In this document: positions 13,240 through 24,120 of the stretch, in pieces | Numbering within the stretch: position 1 is the stretch's first letter | Layout of the letters: each line of letters begins with the position of its first letter | Assembly: GCF_018977255.1 (NCBI RefSeq) | Contig: NW_024704757.1 | Span: forward strand, 7,874,001 to 7,938,000 | Source of the DNA: Callorhinchus milii | Taxonomy: Eukaryota | Length of the DNA: 64,000 bases | Direction of reading: 5' to 3' | Program-made: the position numbers and the translations under genes | Notes under the pieces: model-generated | Told to the model about the DNA's origin: nothing | Seen by the model: the letters and a program-made list of their open reading frames with translations, nothing else | Databases searched by the model: none

Positions 13240-14866
13240 ATATCACAGACATCGTCAACCTGTCCCATATCACAGACATCGTCAACCTGTCCCTCTCCTC
13301 TGGCTCTATTCCCATTCCCTTAAAAACTGCCACCATCACTCCCACCTTAAAAAAACCCTCCCTTGATGCGTCGCAGCTATCAAGCTACCGGCCCATCTCC
13401 AACCTCCCCTTCCTATCCAAGGTCCTGGAACGAGTTGTCGCCTCCCAGCTGCGCTCTTTCCTCTCCAACCATTCACAATTCGAACCCCTTCAATCGGGTT
13501 TCCGTGCTGCCCATAGCACAGAAACTGCCCTGGTCAAGGTCACCAATGACATCCTGACCATCTGTGACCAGGGCTCCCTCTGCCTCCTCGTCCTCCTCGA
13601 CCTATCGGCAGCATTCGATACGGTCGACCACACTATCCTCCTCCACCGCTTGTCCTCCCACCTAAACCTTCAAGGCCCTGTCCTTGAGTGGTTTAGGTCG
13701 TACCTCTCCCACCGTCTTCACTTTGTCTCCACAAATGGTTTTTCCTCCGGCCCCCACACTGTCTCGGTGTCCCTCAAGGCTCTGTCCTCAGTCCCCTCCT
13801 CATCACCCTCTATATGCTCCCCCTTGGTGACATCATCCGCAGACATGGGGTTAACTTCCACATGTATGCGGATGACACCCAACTCTACCTTTCCTCCTCT
13901 ACCCTCAACTCCACGACCACCGATGTCCTGACAGCTGCCTGTCCGACATCGAGTCCTGGACGAGAGATAACTTTCTCCAGCTCAACGTGTGCAAAACTGA
14001 GGCCCTCCTGATTGGCTCACGTCAGCGCCTCCGCACCTCAGGCGCCGACACCATCAGCATCCAAGGCTGCACTCTCCACCTCTCAAAGCCAATCAGGAAC
14101 CTCGGGGTTCTGTTCGACCCTGAGCTGTCCTTTCTCCCTCACATCCGCACCACAACTGGCACCGCCTTCCATCACCTCCGGAACATCGCCAGATTACGGC
14201 ATTACCTCACCCCTCACGCTGCTGAAACCCTGGTTCACGCCTTTGTCACCTCAAGGCTGGACTATGGGAACTCTCTCCTCACCGGCCTTCCCGCCACCTC
14301 CCTCCACAAGCTGCAGGTCATTCAGAACTCTGCAGCTCGTGTACTGTCCCGCACCAGGCTTCGGGACCACATCACTCCCACCCTCGCTCGCCTCCACTGG
14401 CTCCCCATCCCCCAGAGGATCGAATTCAAGATCCTCACCCTCACCTACAAGGCCATTCACGGCCTTGCTCTCTCCTACCTCTCCGACCTACTATCCCCCT
14501 ACCTACCTGCCCGTACCCTCCGTTCCTCTGGCTCCGGTCTGTACCACATCCCCCGCCCCAACCGCCCTACTATCGGTGGCCGGGCCTTCAGCCACTCAGC
14601 CCAGAGGCTCTGGAACTCTATCCCCCAGTGCCTTCGCCGCCTCCTCCCTTTCCTCCTTCAAGGCCGGTCTCAAGACCTTTCTCTTTGACCGTGCCTTCAG
14701 CTCCCCTCTCGACTCTCTACCCCCTCCTCGCTCCCTCCCTCCCTTCCCTCCCCTCACCCTGACCATTTCCCCCCTGCTCGGGTCCTGACCCAACTGTACA
14801 GCACCTTGGGATGTCCTCCCGATGTGAAAGGCGCTCAGTAAATGGAATCTTGTTGTTCTGTTGTTG
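13240..14866 (+). mobile_element. L2-clade LINE, 5'-truncated (longest copy), frameshifted RT
   Basis: [61 protein letters not shown] across three frames; 3' UTR and (TTG)n tail. Confidence 0.95.
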
Positions 14867-15278
14867 TAAAACTAGAATGTGCACTTTGCACATTAAAAAA
14901 TAAATTCCAAAACAAGCTGCCTGGAAACATTTGGATGATAATATCAACCAGCCCCAATATTTTCCCTAAGTCCCTTTGCATTAATTTCTTATTGATTAGA
15001 ATCGGAATTTTTTCCACCCTTGATAAATGCCCGATCACTTGAGCAGAATATTGTGTGAGTACATCGATAGTTGCTCTCGAGCATTTCCCAACGAGGCTGA
15101 GGCTGAATACAATAATGTACAAGGGGGGTATCCTGTTCTGTACTGTAATCCGATCGTTGCTATCACAACAGTACCACGTGATTAATGCGGAAGATTGCTT
15201 TTGCTTGAATCCGTTGCTGTTTTCCAGCAGTTTCAGAGAAAGTAACCCCATTGTCAGAGCTGCATTTGCTCATGAAAG

Positions 15279-15354
15279 ATGAAGATGTGGACTGCTACCC
15301 TTATCATTTCCGTCCTCTCCTGTACTGGGTGTCTGGTGGAGCCTGCAAACCCAG
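15279..15354 (+). CDS. Candidate first coding exon (signal peptide) of an unrecognised gene
   Basis: ATG AAG ATG TGG... = MKMWTATLIISVLSCTGCLVEPANP(G): basic N-terminus, hydrophobic core, small residues. Ends at CAG|gtacag donor, phase 1; sits in a CpG-retaining patch. Confidence 0.5.
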
Positions 15355-15436
15355 GTACAGCCGTGTGTTGCGAACCTGGCAGCCGTGCGCTTAACACAAG
15401 CAGCAACTTTGTTCAGTGTTGCCAATTACTCCACAG

Positions 15437-15459
15437 AGTGAGTGAGTGAGTGAGTGAGT
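15437..15459 (+). repeat. (GAGT)n microsatellite
   Basis: agtgagtgagtgagtgagtgagtg. Confidence 0.9.
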
Positions 15460-16714
15460 GGCTTCCTGCTGTCAGCTTGTTAACGTTTTCCTGATGTGCC
15501 CTTGCCGTTCCTGTTATCAAAGATCAGCGATAATAAATGCATCGTGTTAACGTCGCTCAGTCATTAATAATCATTCCCCCGATTGATTGTGATTCCCCAC
15601 ATATACTTACTGCAACAGTTGCCTGGCAACGGTGCAAGGCACGAGTTTGTTTATTTGTTTGATCGGTTGGTAATTTGGGTTCGCATGTTGTGCTATGTTC
15701 AAATCGCACTGTCTGGGTTCTCTTTACAATGTGTGATATTTACACCATTTAAAGCCTTAGAGCTGAAAAAAGCTTTGCGGGGATTCAGCTGAAGAGGATG
15801 GGGACAGGATCAAAGAGAAGGTGACAGCGGTGAACCATACTACGAGGCTCCAAGGATACAACCTGCCTTTTGCAGTCATAAAGAAAAGCTGGCAGCACCT
15901 GGTTGATAAGTAATTGCAGAAAATACTGTAGTGTTTTTCTGTAGGAGAGGGAAAAAAGGTCCCCCAAACCAACAATGAGTAAAGAATTCCTTAGAGCAGA
16001 GAAGGTTAAGGGGAGATTCAATAGCGGTGTTCAAAATGAGATGTGTTGATAAAAAATAAGGAGAAACTGTTTCCACTGGTGAGTGGGTAACCAAAGGCCA
16101 CAATTTTAAGATAATTGGCAAAAGAACCAAAGGGTGGAAAAGGAGAATTTTGTTTTACGCAGTGATTACCTGAAAGGGTGATGGAAACAGATTCAATAAT
16201 AACTTTCAAACGGGAATTGGATATATATTGATACTAAAAATATGCAAAGCTCTGGGGAAACTGGGACTAATTTCTAAGAGCCGGCATAGACAAGATGAGC
16301 TAAATAGCCTCCTTCCTAGCTATAGGATGGAAAAAGATTGTATTGCAGATCTCCTTATAGAGAAAATAGTTTTTTTCCCCCAATACAATTATTTTCAACA
16401 TACTGTACTTGAAAGGCCATCAGATTCCAGCATCTGGCCAGCACTGAGGTTGTTTTTAAGCAACTTCAACAAGAAAGCCTCATCATTGTGAGGAGGCTTC
16501 TGAAGTTGCCCCAGGGATCAGTGCAACTCAAAGCTCACTGAGTGTGGGTCACTGAATGTTGTGTTTCTCCCCTCCTCCTCCACACATGGGTCAGAGGACA
16601 ATCACAATGTCACCTGGAAGGTCAATTATACCACTTCAAGTTGTCAGTCCATTTACGGACCTCAGGGATGGGATCTTTATCTGGGAACATCTGGTCCCTT
16701 CCACCTCTGCCACT

Positions 16715-17092
16715 GTACCTTACCCCAAGTGCAGCCGAAACCCTTGTGCATGCGTTTGTCACCTCCCACTTGGATTACTCCAATACACTCCTCACCGGTC
16801 TCCCCAGCTCCACCATTCACAAGGTCCAGCTCTTTCAAAACTCTGCCGCCCGCATACTGACTCGGACCAAACTCCATACCCACATCTCACCAGTTCTGGC
16901 CCAGGCTCCACTGACTCCCCATCACTGAACGGATCGACTTTAAGATCCTCGCACTCGTGTACAAATACATTCACTCCCTGGCACCTCCCTAGCTCTCCAA
17001 CCTCCTCACTCCCCCTGGCTCGGAATCAGGCTCTGCCACTGTTAAGCACTCTGAGGGTGGAGGGCACTATGTAAGTGCAAGTTGTTATTGTT
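16715..17092 (+). mobile_element. L2-clade LINE fragment
   Basis: [21 protein letters not shown]...[16 protein letters not shown]; gttgtt tail. Confidence 0.85.
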
Positions 17093-19358
17093 GAGTTCGC
17101 GTTATAAGCTCACATCACATCATCAAAGTGTCTACATTTATGGACCAGGAGAATACAACTTTCTCAACAACAGAAACAATATGCACTAATATAATAATAA
17201 TCCTTGCATTCGATACAGTGCTCATGTTCATCTCGTGTTATCGAGAGGACTCAAAGTGCTTCATAGGATTTTACTGTTCAGTGCATTTATTTATAGGCAA
17301 ACTCAGCAGCCAAATTGTACACAATGTCTCACAAATTTCGATAGGAGGACTGTTGGCCATGACAACAGAAGAACCTCCCTTCTCTTTTCGAATGGTGCTT
17401 TGCAATCTTTAATGTCCACCCGAACAGGTAAACAGGACCTGCTGCACTGCCTGATATCAATGAGCTGTGACCTTTTTGCTCTGTGTGGCTTAAGCTGCAA
17501 CATTTCCACGTTGAAACCGATTCATTACTCTTCTGACAGCTACATAAAATCTGTCAAGGTTGCTTTCATACCGAGGTATTCCTCCTCGGGATTTGTGGAT
17601 TGTTCAGAATCTGGAAATTGTCTGAGTGAATGTCTCATGACTTCAAGTCATTCCAAGGTCATTTCAGTCAGAACAGTCACACCATTTTGTTCTCATATTT
17701 ACCAGATGGTCATGTGGAATAAACCAAATTTTCAAGGGGGCTGGGGAATGGTGTTGATTATTCAGATCTCTTGATATCAGGACTGCATTTCACCCCCCCC
17801 CCCACCCTTTTGATTTGGAGTTCTGCCACAATGCAAGATTTTAGATCTATTCAGTATATTTCTATTCCACCGCTGTCACTGGTGAAAAATGTAAAGAAAA
17901 AAAATCCCATTTTATCTTGGAATTGTTAATCAGGGTACCTTCTCTTTTCAAATAGTACTGCAGTATCTTTAATGTCCACCTGAACAGGTAAATGGGACCT
18001 GCTGCACTGCCTGATACCAATGAGCTGTGAGGTGATCCAATTTTAACAGCTCACGCACCTGACGTCAAACCAAAAAAGTAGAAGTTCAAGCCGCAGATTT
18101 GCCTTCTGCCACTAGGCAAGAGATACACTCAAAGGTAAAGATCCAGGAACAGGTTATGGACAGATTCACTGTCTCAGAATCTAGGAGAGAAAATAAATAA
18201 TACAACACCTTTCATGTTCTGGAGGACGTCTCAAAGCACTTCACAGGATATACTGTAAAGCCAATTTGTGAACAGAGATGTCCCACACGCAGCCCTGAAG
18301 TCAACGAAGATTCTTATCTGTAGATTGTTGGCCAGGGCACCGGGAGAAACTCAAATCGTTCCGTGAGATCTTTAACATCCATCTAAAAAGGCAGGCCCGA
18401 CCTCAGTTTGATGTCTTATCTGCAGAACAGCAATTCCAACAATGCCACACACGCCCAGCACTGGAATGTCAGCCTCGCCTTGTCAATTTAAAGTCCGGAT
18501 TCAGGCAAAGTACCACCCATTGAGCCCGGCTGACACCTAAAGCTGGTAATAAACAGAGAAAAAAACGTAATAATTAGTGCCTGGCTACTATCAATGTCTG
18601 CCGTGCTTGTGTGTGAAAAGAGCAAATGTGACTTAAAACTAAAAAAATTGGTACTTACGGTGAGTTTAATTCTCTGGGGACACCAATTGACAGAAAGCTG
18701 ATACTGCAAGTTGTTCAGCTTTTCCTCCTCATGTGGTGACCCTTCACATCAGCCATAAAAATGCGCCATGCGATCATAGACTGGTTGTGAGACAGACTGA
18801 GGCTAATTAGCCCATCCTGACTTTGCTGCCGACTGCTCTTTCCACCAGATTTCTGCACTCTGAACCCATTTGATTGCTCTTTCCCTTTAATATTTTACCC
18901 TTTAATATTTTTCCTTAACCATTTGATCGCTTCCCGTTTAAAAGGCTACTTATTCAAGTTTGAGAACCGCTTGCAGCAAGGCATTTGATAATCTAACATC
19001 ACTCCGGTCACAGTGCATTAAAGACTATACCAGACAGGAGGGAAGGGAGTGGGAAAAGTAGTAAAGATGGGGATAGAAGAGAAATTTAGGAATTCAATGT
19101 ATAAATGTCAGTAAATAAAATTTTTAAAAATGGTTACAGTTTATATGGCCTTCATGTTGAGGGCATGTTTCAAAGTGCTTCACAGGATATACCTTAAAAT
19201 GTTATCACTGTATTTTGTGGCAAATGAAAATTTTAAATAGAATTTATAAAGCTAAGGTACCGTATATTAACGGATTCAGGTTCTCATCCCCTAAATCAAC
19301 GTGTTTCACAACAATTTTAAAGGTCTGTTGAATGGCTCATTTCTTTTTTTCATTTTAG

Positions 19359-19400
19359 CTTCTCAGGGAAATACAATTGCTGAAACATTCTTGAGAGAGG
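19359..19400 (+). CDS. Candidate internal exon of the same gene
   Basis: Long pyrimidine tract tttctttttttcattttag acceptor; (A)SQGNTIAETFLRE; G|gtaaaa donor, phase 1-1. Alternative donor CAG|gtagga at 19474. Confidence 0.35.
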
Positions 19401-20161
19401 GTAAAAAGCAGCTGCACAGTTTGTGTTGTGCACATTCGCTGCCTTGCATTGGGCCAAGAAAGACGCAAAGCCAGGTAGGAAAGATTCTGCTGCTCTGATA
19501 GAACGGCATCCAGTGGCCACTGTTAACGCTGTCAGTCAAGAGCATTTGCGGCTCCATTGCAGGCACAGCAAAAATAACTGCTCTGTGCACTTCACACTTG
19601 TCGTGTTGTACACGTTTGCATGTCGACACGTAATCGTTCAAACTGCACTGCAGCTGAAATGCAGAATTTGCCACCAGAATCTCAAATAATAATAATAATC
19701 CTTGCATTCTCAACGTCTCAAAACGCTTCACAGAATAGACTGTAGAGTGAATTGACCGTATATTTGTGGGCGAAACGCGGCAGCCAATTGCGCACAGCGG
19801 CGTCCCACAAACAGTCGTGGATTGAAAATGACCAATTTATTATATATTATCAAATACAATTTATTATATATTACAATTTATTATATACTATCAAAATTTA
19901 CTATCAAATACAGAACCCTGCTGGTAACTAGATGTGGAGAGCATTTGGTGTGAGATACATCCTCTTCCTGGCAGGATTCACAAATCCTGTTGAGAATGAC
20001 CCTTGTTACTCCTGCACCTGTTGGCTGCATCGCTTATAGAATGGCAGTACAAAAAAAATCAAGGATTTATTTTGCCCAACACGTAACAGTAATGCCCGAT
20101 AACCTGTATATTAAAATATTGATTTTATTTACAGTTTGCAATAAAAAATGAACTGTTTCAG

Positions 20162-20224
20162 AAATACTCCACAGGGCACCAGTAATTCAAAGCAACGTTG
20201 GAGAAGATCTTGTCGCGTTCTGTA
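20162..20224 (+). CDS. Candidate internal exon of the same gene
   Basis: tgtttcag acceptor; (E)ILHRAPVIQSNVGEDLVAFC; A|gtaaat donor; 63 bp, phase 1-1. Confidence 0.3.
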
Positions 20225-20516
20225 GTAAATTTAGATTTGTAACAAATGGGAGTTTCTCCTAATGTTCTGACCATATCCCCCAGATGAAATTGGTCATTCA
20301 CTTCATGGCAGTTTGTGGGACGTTGTTGAGTGCAAGCTGGCTGCCATGTTTGCCTACAAAACACCCTATAAGCGTTTTGAGATGTCTCGGCAATTGTGAT
20401 AAGATGCTACATCACATTGCGTGGACTATTATCTCACTTTTTCCATTACATAGATTTTTTTTCTCTTTTTTACATGTTCTCCATGTGCTTGAAGAATGAA
20501 TCCCCCACTTTTACAG

Positions 20517-20635
20517 GATTAGATATTGAAGAACTACTGCAAAGGAACGCCAATAAAATCCGCCGGGTGAACCCGGTTCACTCCAGCACTGACGTCACCA
20601 GCAGCAAAACTCAACACTCTAAAACTGAACTGTGA
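20517..20635 (+). CDS. Candidate terminal coding exon ending in the ER-retrieval-type motif KTEL
   Basis: cccccacttttacag acceptor; LDIEELLQRNANKIRRVNPVHSSTDVTSSKTQHSKTEL*; ATTAAA (20664) and AATAAA (20687) follow. Confidence 0.5.
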
Positions 20636-20686
20636 CGACTAACAAGTCCTTTGATGGTTTGCTATTAAAATTTATCTTTTGGGAAA

Positions 20687-20692
20687 AATAAA
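20687..20692 (+). terminator. Candidate polyadenylation signal of the plus-strand gene
   Basis: AATAAA 52 nt after the KTEL stop codon, followed by T-rich sequence. Confidence 0.4.
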
Positions 20693-22962
20693 AGGAAATA
20701 TTATCTTTACTTTGACAGCCTAATTTTTTTTACCTTTGTAGTTTGTAATTTGCAGCAGAGGCCAGATTAAGAAGCGACGCATCACCAGAGGGTGAGTTGT
20801 TAAATCGAGGAGACCAGGAGTTCAAAAAGGGAAGGGAGTTTCTCCAAGTCCTGATAGTCAATCCCCCAGATACAATTCGCTCCTCGGCCGTTTGTGGGAT
20901 AATGCTGTGTGCAAATTAGTTGCTGGGTTCTCCTACAAACAGACAGTGGACTTTATAGTAAAATCGTGAAGTTTTTTGAGACTGATGATATAAGAAGCTA
21001 TATCAAACGCAAGGACTGTTATAAAAGCATTGTGTAATATAATCTTTGCATTTGATTTAGCACTCAAAGCGCTTCACTGAATATACTTTAAAGTGAATTG
21101 ACTGTATATTTTGTGGCGAAATGCAGCAGAGAATTGCGCTCAGCAGTGTCCCTCCCACAAACAGCCATGGATTGAGTGACCAAATTATTCTTTTTTTAAG
21201 GGATTATTAATAACCCCTTGATCGTAAAGCGATCCGCCAATTGACTAACAACTGGGTTCCTACTTACTGCAAGGTAAACAGAAGCACGTGTGTGGAGTAA
21301 GGTAACTTGCCTAAGGTTTTGCCCCACCCGGGAATCAAACCCGGGTACTGTTATTAGCATTTTTCTTTCGGTTTATGGTCAAGCGTGATCAGTGAGTAGA
21401 TCTGGGTTTGAGATTCACCACGGTGCTGAACATTTTCCCTCTATTGGGGAAAGTATGTGTTGAAATTGAAGTTATAAAATGGAAAATGATCCTTAATGAA
21501 GATGAATATATTAATCACAAGAAAAACAAGTGGATAAGTTGCTTTGTTTATACAGGGCAATGTAAAAAATGGGCATTCGGTACTGAGGCGTACTTTGGAG
21601 TGGTAACCCTGGATAATTGTTCTCTCTATCTCGAGAAAGCTTTTGATAACAAAACTGCTACCTTGTTGAGATGAACTAACACAGAACACAGTGGGAATTT
21701 AAATTTAGACGGCAACTCTCGGGGTGGGGGTGGGGGGGTGGAGGGAGAGAAATTCCACCTGGATCCAAAAATAAAAATAACCTTTTTTNGACAAAGTTGC
21801 AGGGTTTGACTTATTCTTAACATCCGTCTTAATTTTAAAATCAGGGCAGAAAACTACTTTCAGAATTGAGATGAAATTTTTAATTCTGTATGCACCTGCT
21901 AACCAAGTAACACAAGGCTACATCCAGTGGAATTTCTCTCCAGCTGGTCTATGTATATGGCTTTGTGCCTTTTCCCTACCGATCAGGCAAAGCGATACAT
22001 TTTACATTTAATACAAATTTGTGTCCAAAGAAAAGATTTACCCTAAGTTAAAATCTTGTATGAGTATTATGATTTCAAGAATGAATGTTACAGCAAATAA
22101 TTTATTAAATTTCGTACACACAAAATGAACAATACTGTATCAGCAAAAACATAACAAATAAAAAAATGTTCAAGATAGTGACTTGAACCATGGAATTATC
22201 AGGAAAGTTAACATGAAAATAGTTATGAAAATTTAAAATGGTTGTTAAAACAGGGGAGGTGAGAATTTTTTTAACAAAGTGAGTTGTTCGGATCTGGAAT
22301 GCATTGCCTGAAATGGTGATGGAAGCTGATTCGATAACAGCTTTTAAGAGAGGTAGATAACTATTTGGGGAGGACAAGTTTGCAGGGCTATGGGGAGTGG
22401 GATTGAATTGGTAGCTCTTTCAAAGGGCCGGCACAGACACGATGGACTGTATAATTCTATGTACAGAACGGTGATTGTTGCCTGTGTAAAATATTTTTAA
22501 AAAATTTGTTGTAAAAATGCAAGACATTGAGAGCAAGTAAAAATGTAGTCAAAGAGTATTTTAAGTTATCTTACGCACGGTTGCAGAAGTACCTTTCGAA
22601 AAACTGGGAGACACAGCAGTTAAATAAACTTTGGATTTTTTTGTCTCATCAAAAAGTTATCTCATCAAACCTAATCCCACAACTCTCAGGCCTAATGTCA
22701 ATCATAAGAGCTGTAATTAAGAAGCAAAGCTACATTTTAAAACTGATTCAACCTGCTGAGACAAAGATGATCTGGACAGAATTACCAAAAGCATTTAACA
22801 AATGAAAACAAACATGCCACACAAAGACATCTTAATGTCTGCTCTTAACAGCTCAGAGAACTTCAGTAACGTCCGGTTGATCAACAATGGATTTTCAACA
22901 TGAATGACCGTCCAACTCCAAACAATTATACTATCCCTATATTTCATTTAGCATTTAAGGCA

Positions 22963-22968
22963 TTTATT
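22963..22968 (-). terminator. Probable polyadenylation signal of DNAAF5
   Basis: tttatt on + (AATAAA on -) about 150 nt downstream of the DNAAF5 stop. Confidence 0.55.
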
Positions 22969-23116
22969 GGGGGAAAAGTACTGGGTGTGCTGCCTAGTCA
23001 ATGGATATTTTGGTGTTTGTAGATTAAAATATATTCTGTTGTTACATTCAAGTGTGAGTTATCCATCATTAGAACACTACACAGTCTCAATGGGGTTTGT
23101 TGAATCTTCAGCTGTT

Positions 23117-23261
23117 TCAGGCTTTGCTCGTGTTGTTGTTCAGTGACCAAATGTGCTGGAGGAGCTGCTCGCAATAATGAGGAGTGCGGTGCTTGTGTTT
23201 CACAGCCTCAATTTCTTGGATGAGCACCTGTGGGAAAATAAAGCTTCCTGCTTTGAGACAT
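23117..23261 (-). CDS. DNAAF5: DNAAF5 terminal coding exon (approx. exon 13), with apparent 1-nt frame defect at its 5' end
   Basis: Conserved frame reads [46 protein letters not shown] (cf. human [16 protein letters not shown]). Pyrimidine tract plus acaacag acceptor; 145 bp to TGA, one short of the 146 needed. Confidence 0.9.
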
Positions 23262-23904
23262 CTGTTGTAAAAAAGGACAAAAAAAATAATTCAACATCAG
23301 ACATTTCTCAATATATTTTCAAAAGTAACATATTTATGTTTATATATACACTAGCTGTGCCCATTGCAGCTTCACTTGCAACTAACGGATCCAATATGGA
23401 ATGTAGATATTTCATCTTTATCTATGCTCAGCTGGGAGGACTCCTGGGGGAGGACTCTTTTTGGGAGGATTCCTTTAATATATTTTCTCTCTCAGTCTCT
23501 CTGTCTCAAGTCTTTCATTGTTTCTCACACAAAACACAGTCACTACACTTTATAATACGTTCTTCCTCAGTCTCTCTCTCTGTCCCACATGGGAGGACTC
23601 TAGCTCCCATGACAATCAAAAAAAAGTACCGAACATTTGTTGTAGAATATAGATGCATTTCTCTGAACGGTGTGTGCTGTCGCCTGTTGCCATATAGTTG
23701 CAGATTACGATGCATACTTCATATTTGAAGGCTTAATTAAAGCAATTTAAATACAGCTCATCAACGATAGGAGATTCCCCCAAATAAATATGGCCATGAC
23801 ACTGCCAGATGCAAGACCTTTTTGATGAGGTATAAATCATGACTCTACATCGATCGGTTATTGCGTGAGTGTCACTGACACACAGACAGACACTTTGTTT
23901 TAAT

Positions 23905-24120
23905 TAAAAAAAGCAGAAGTTGCTGGGAACACCCAGCGGGTCAGGCAACATCTATGGAGTATGGAAAGTGAGTCAACATTTCAGATCCACAACCCTTCAT
24001 CAGAACTGGGGCATGTTGGGAGGGAGAGGCTTTTAAGGGCTAACAGAGAGGGAGGTGGCAGGGCAAGGAAGACAGCAGGGCAAGGAAGACAAAGGAGAAA
24101 AAGGGGTAGAGGACAGGGGA
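23905..24120 (-). mobile_element. Penelope-type terminal repeat fragment with hammerhead-like core
   Basis: Similar to 37650-37800; minus strand reads gttCTGATGAagggttgtggatctGAAAtgttgac. Confidence 0.65.

Noticed and set aside
13194-14688. Active reverse transcriptase gene
   Set aside because: 5'-truncated, no endonuclease domain, and several frameshifts; a dead L2 copy.
23153-23728. 191-aa plus-strand ORF
   Set aside because: Antisense to the DNAAF5 last exon and intron, non-ATG start, no recognisable motif.
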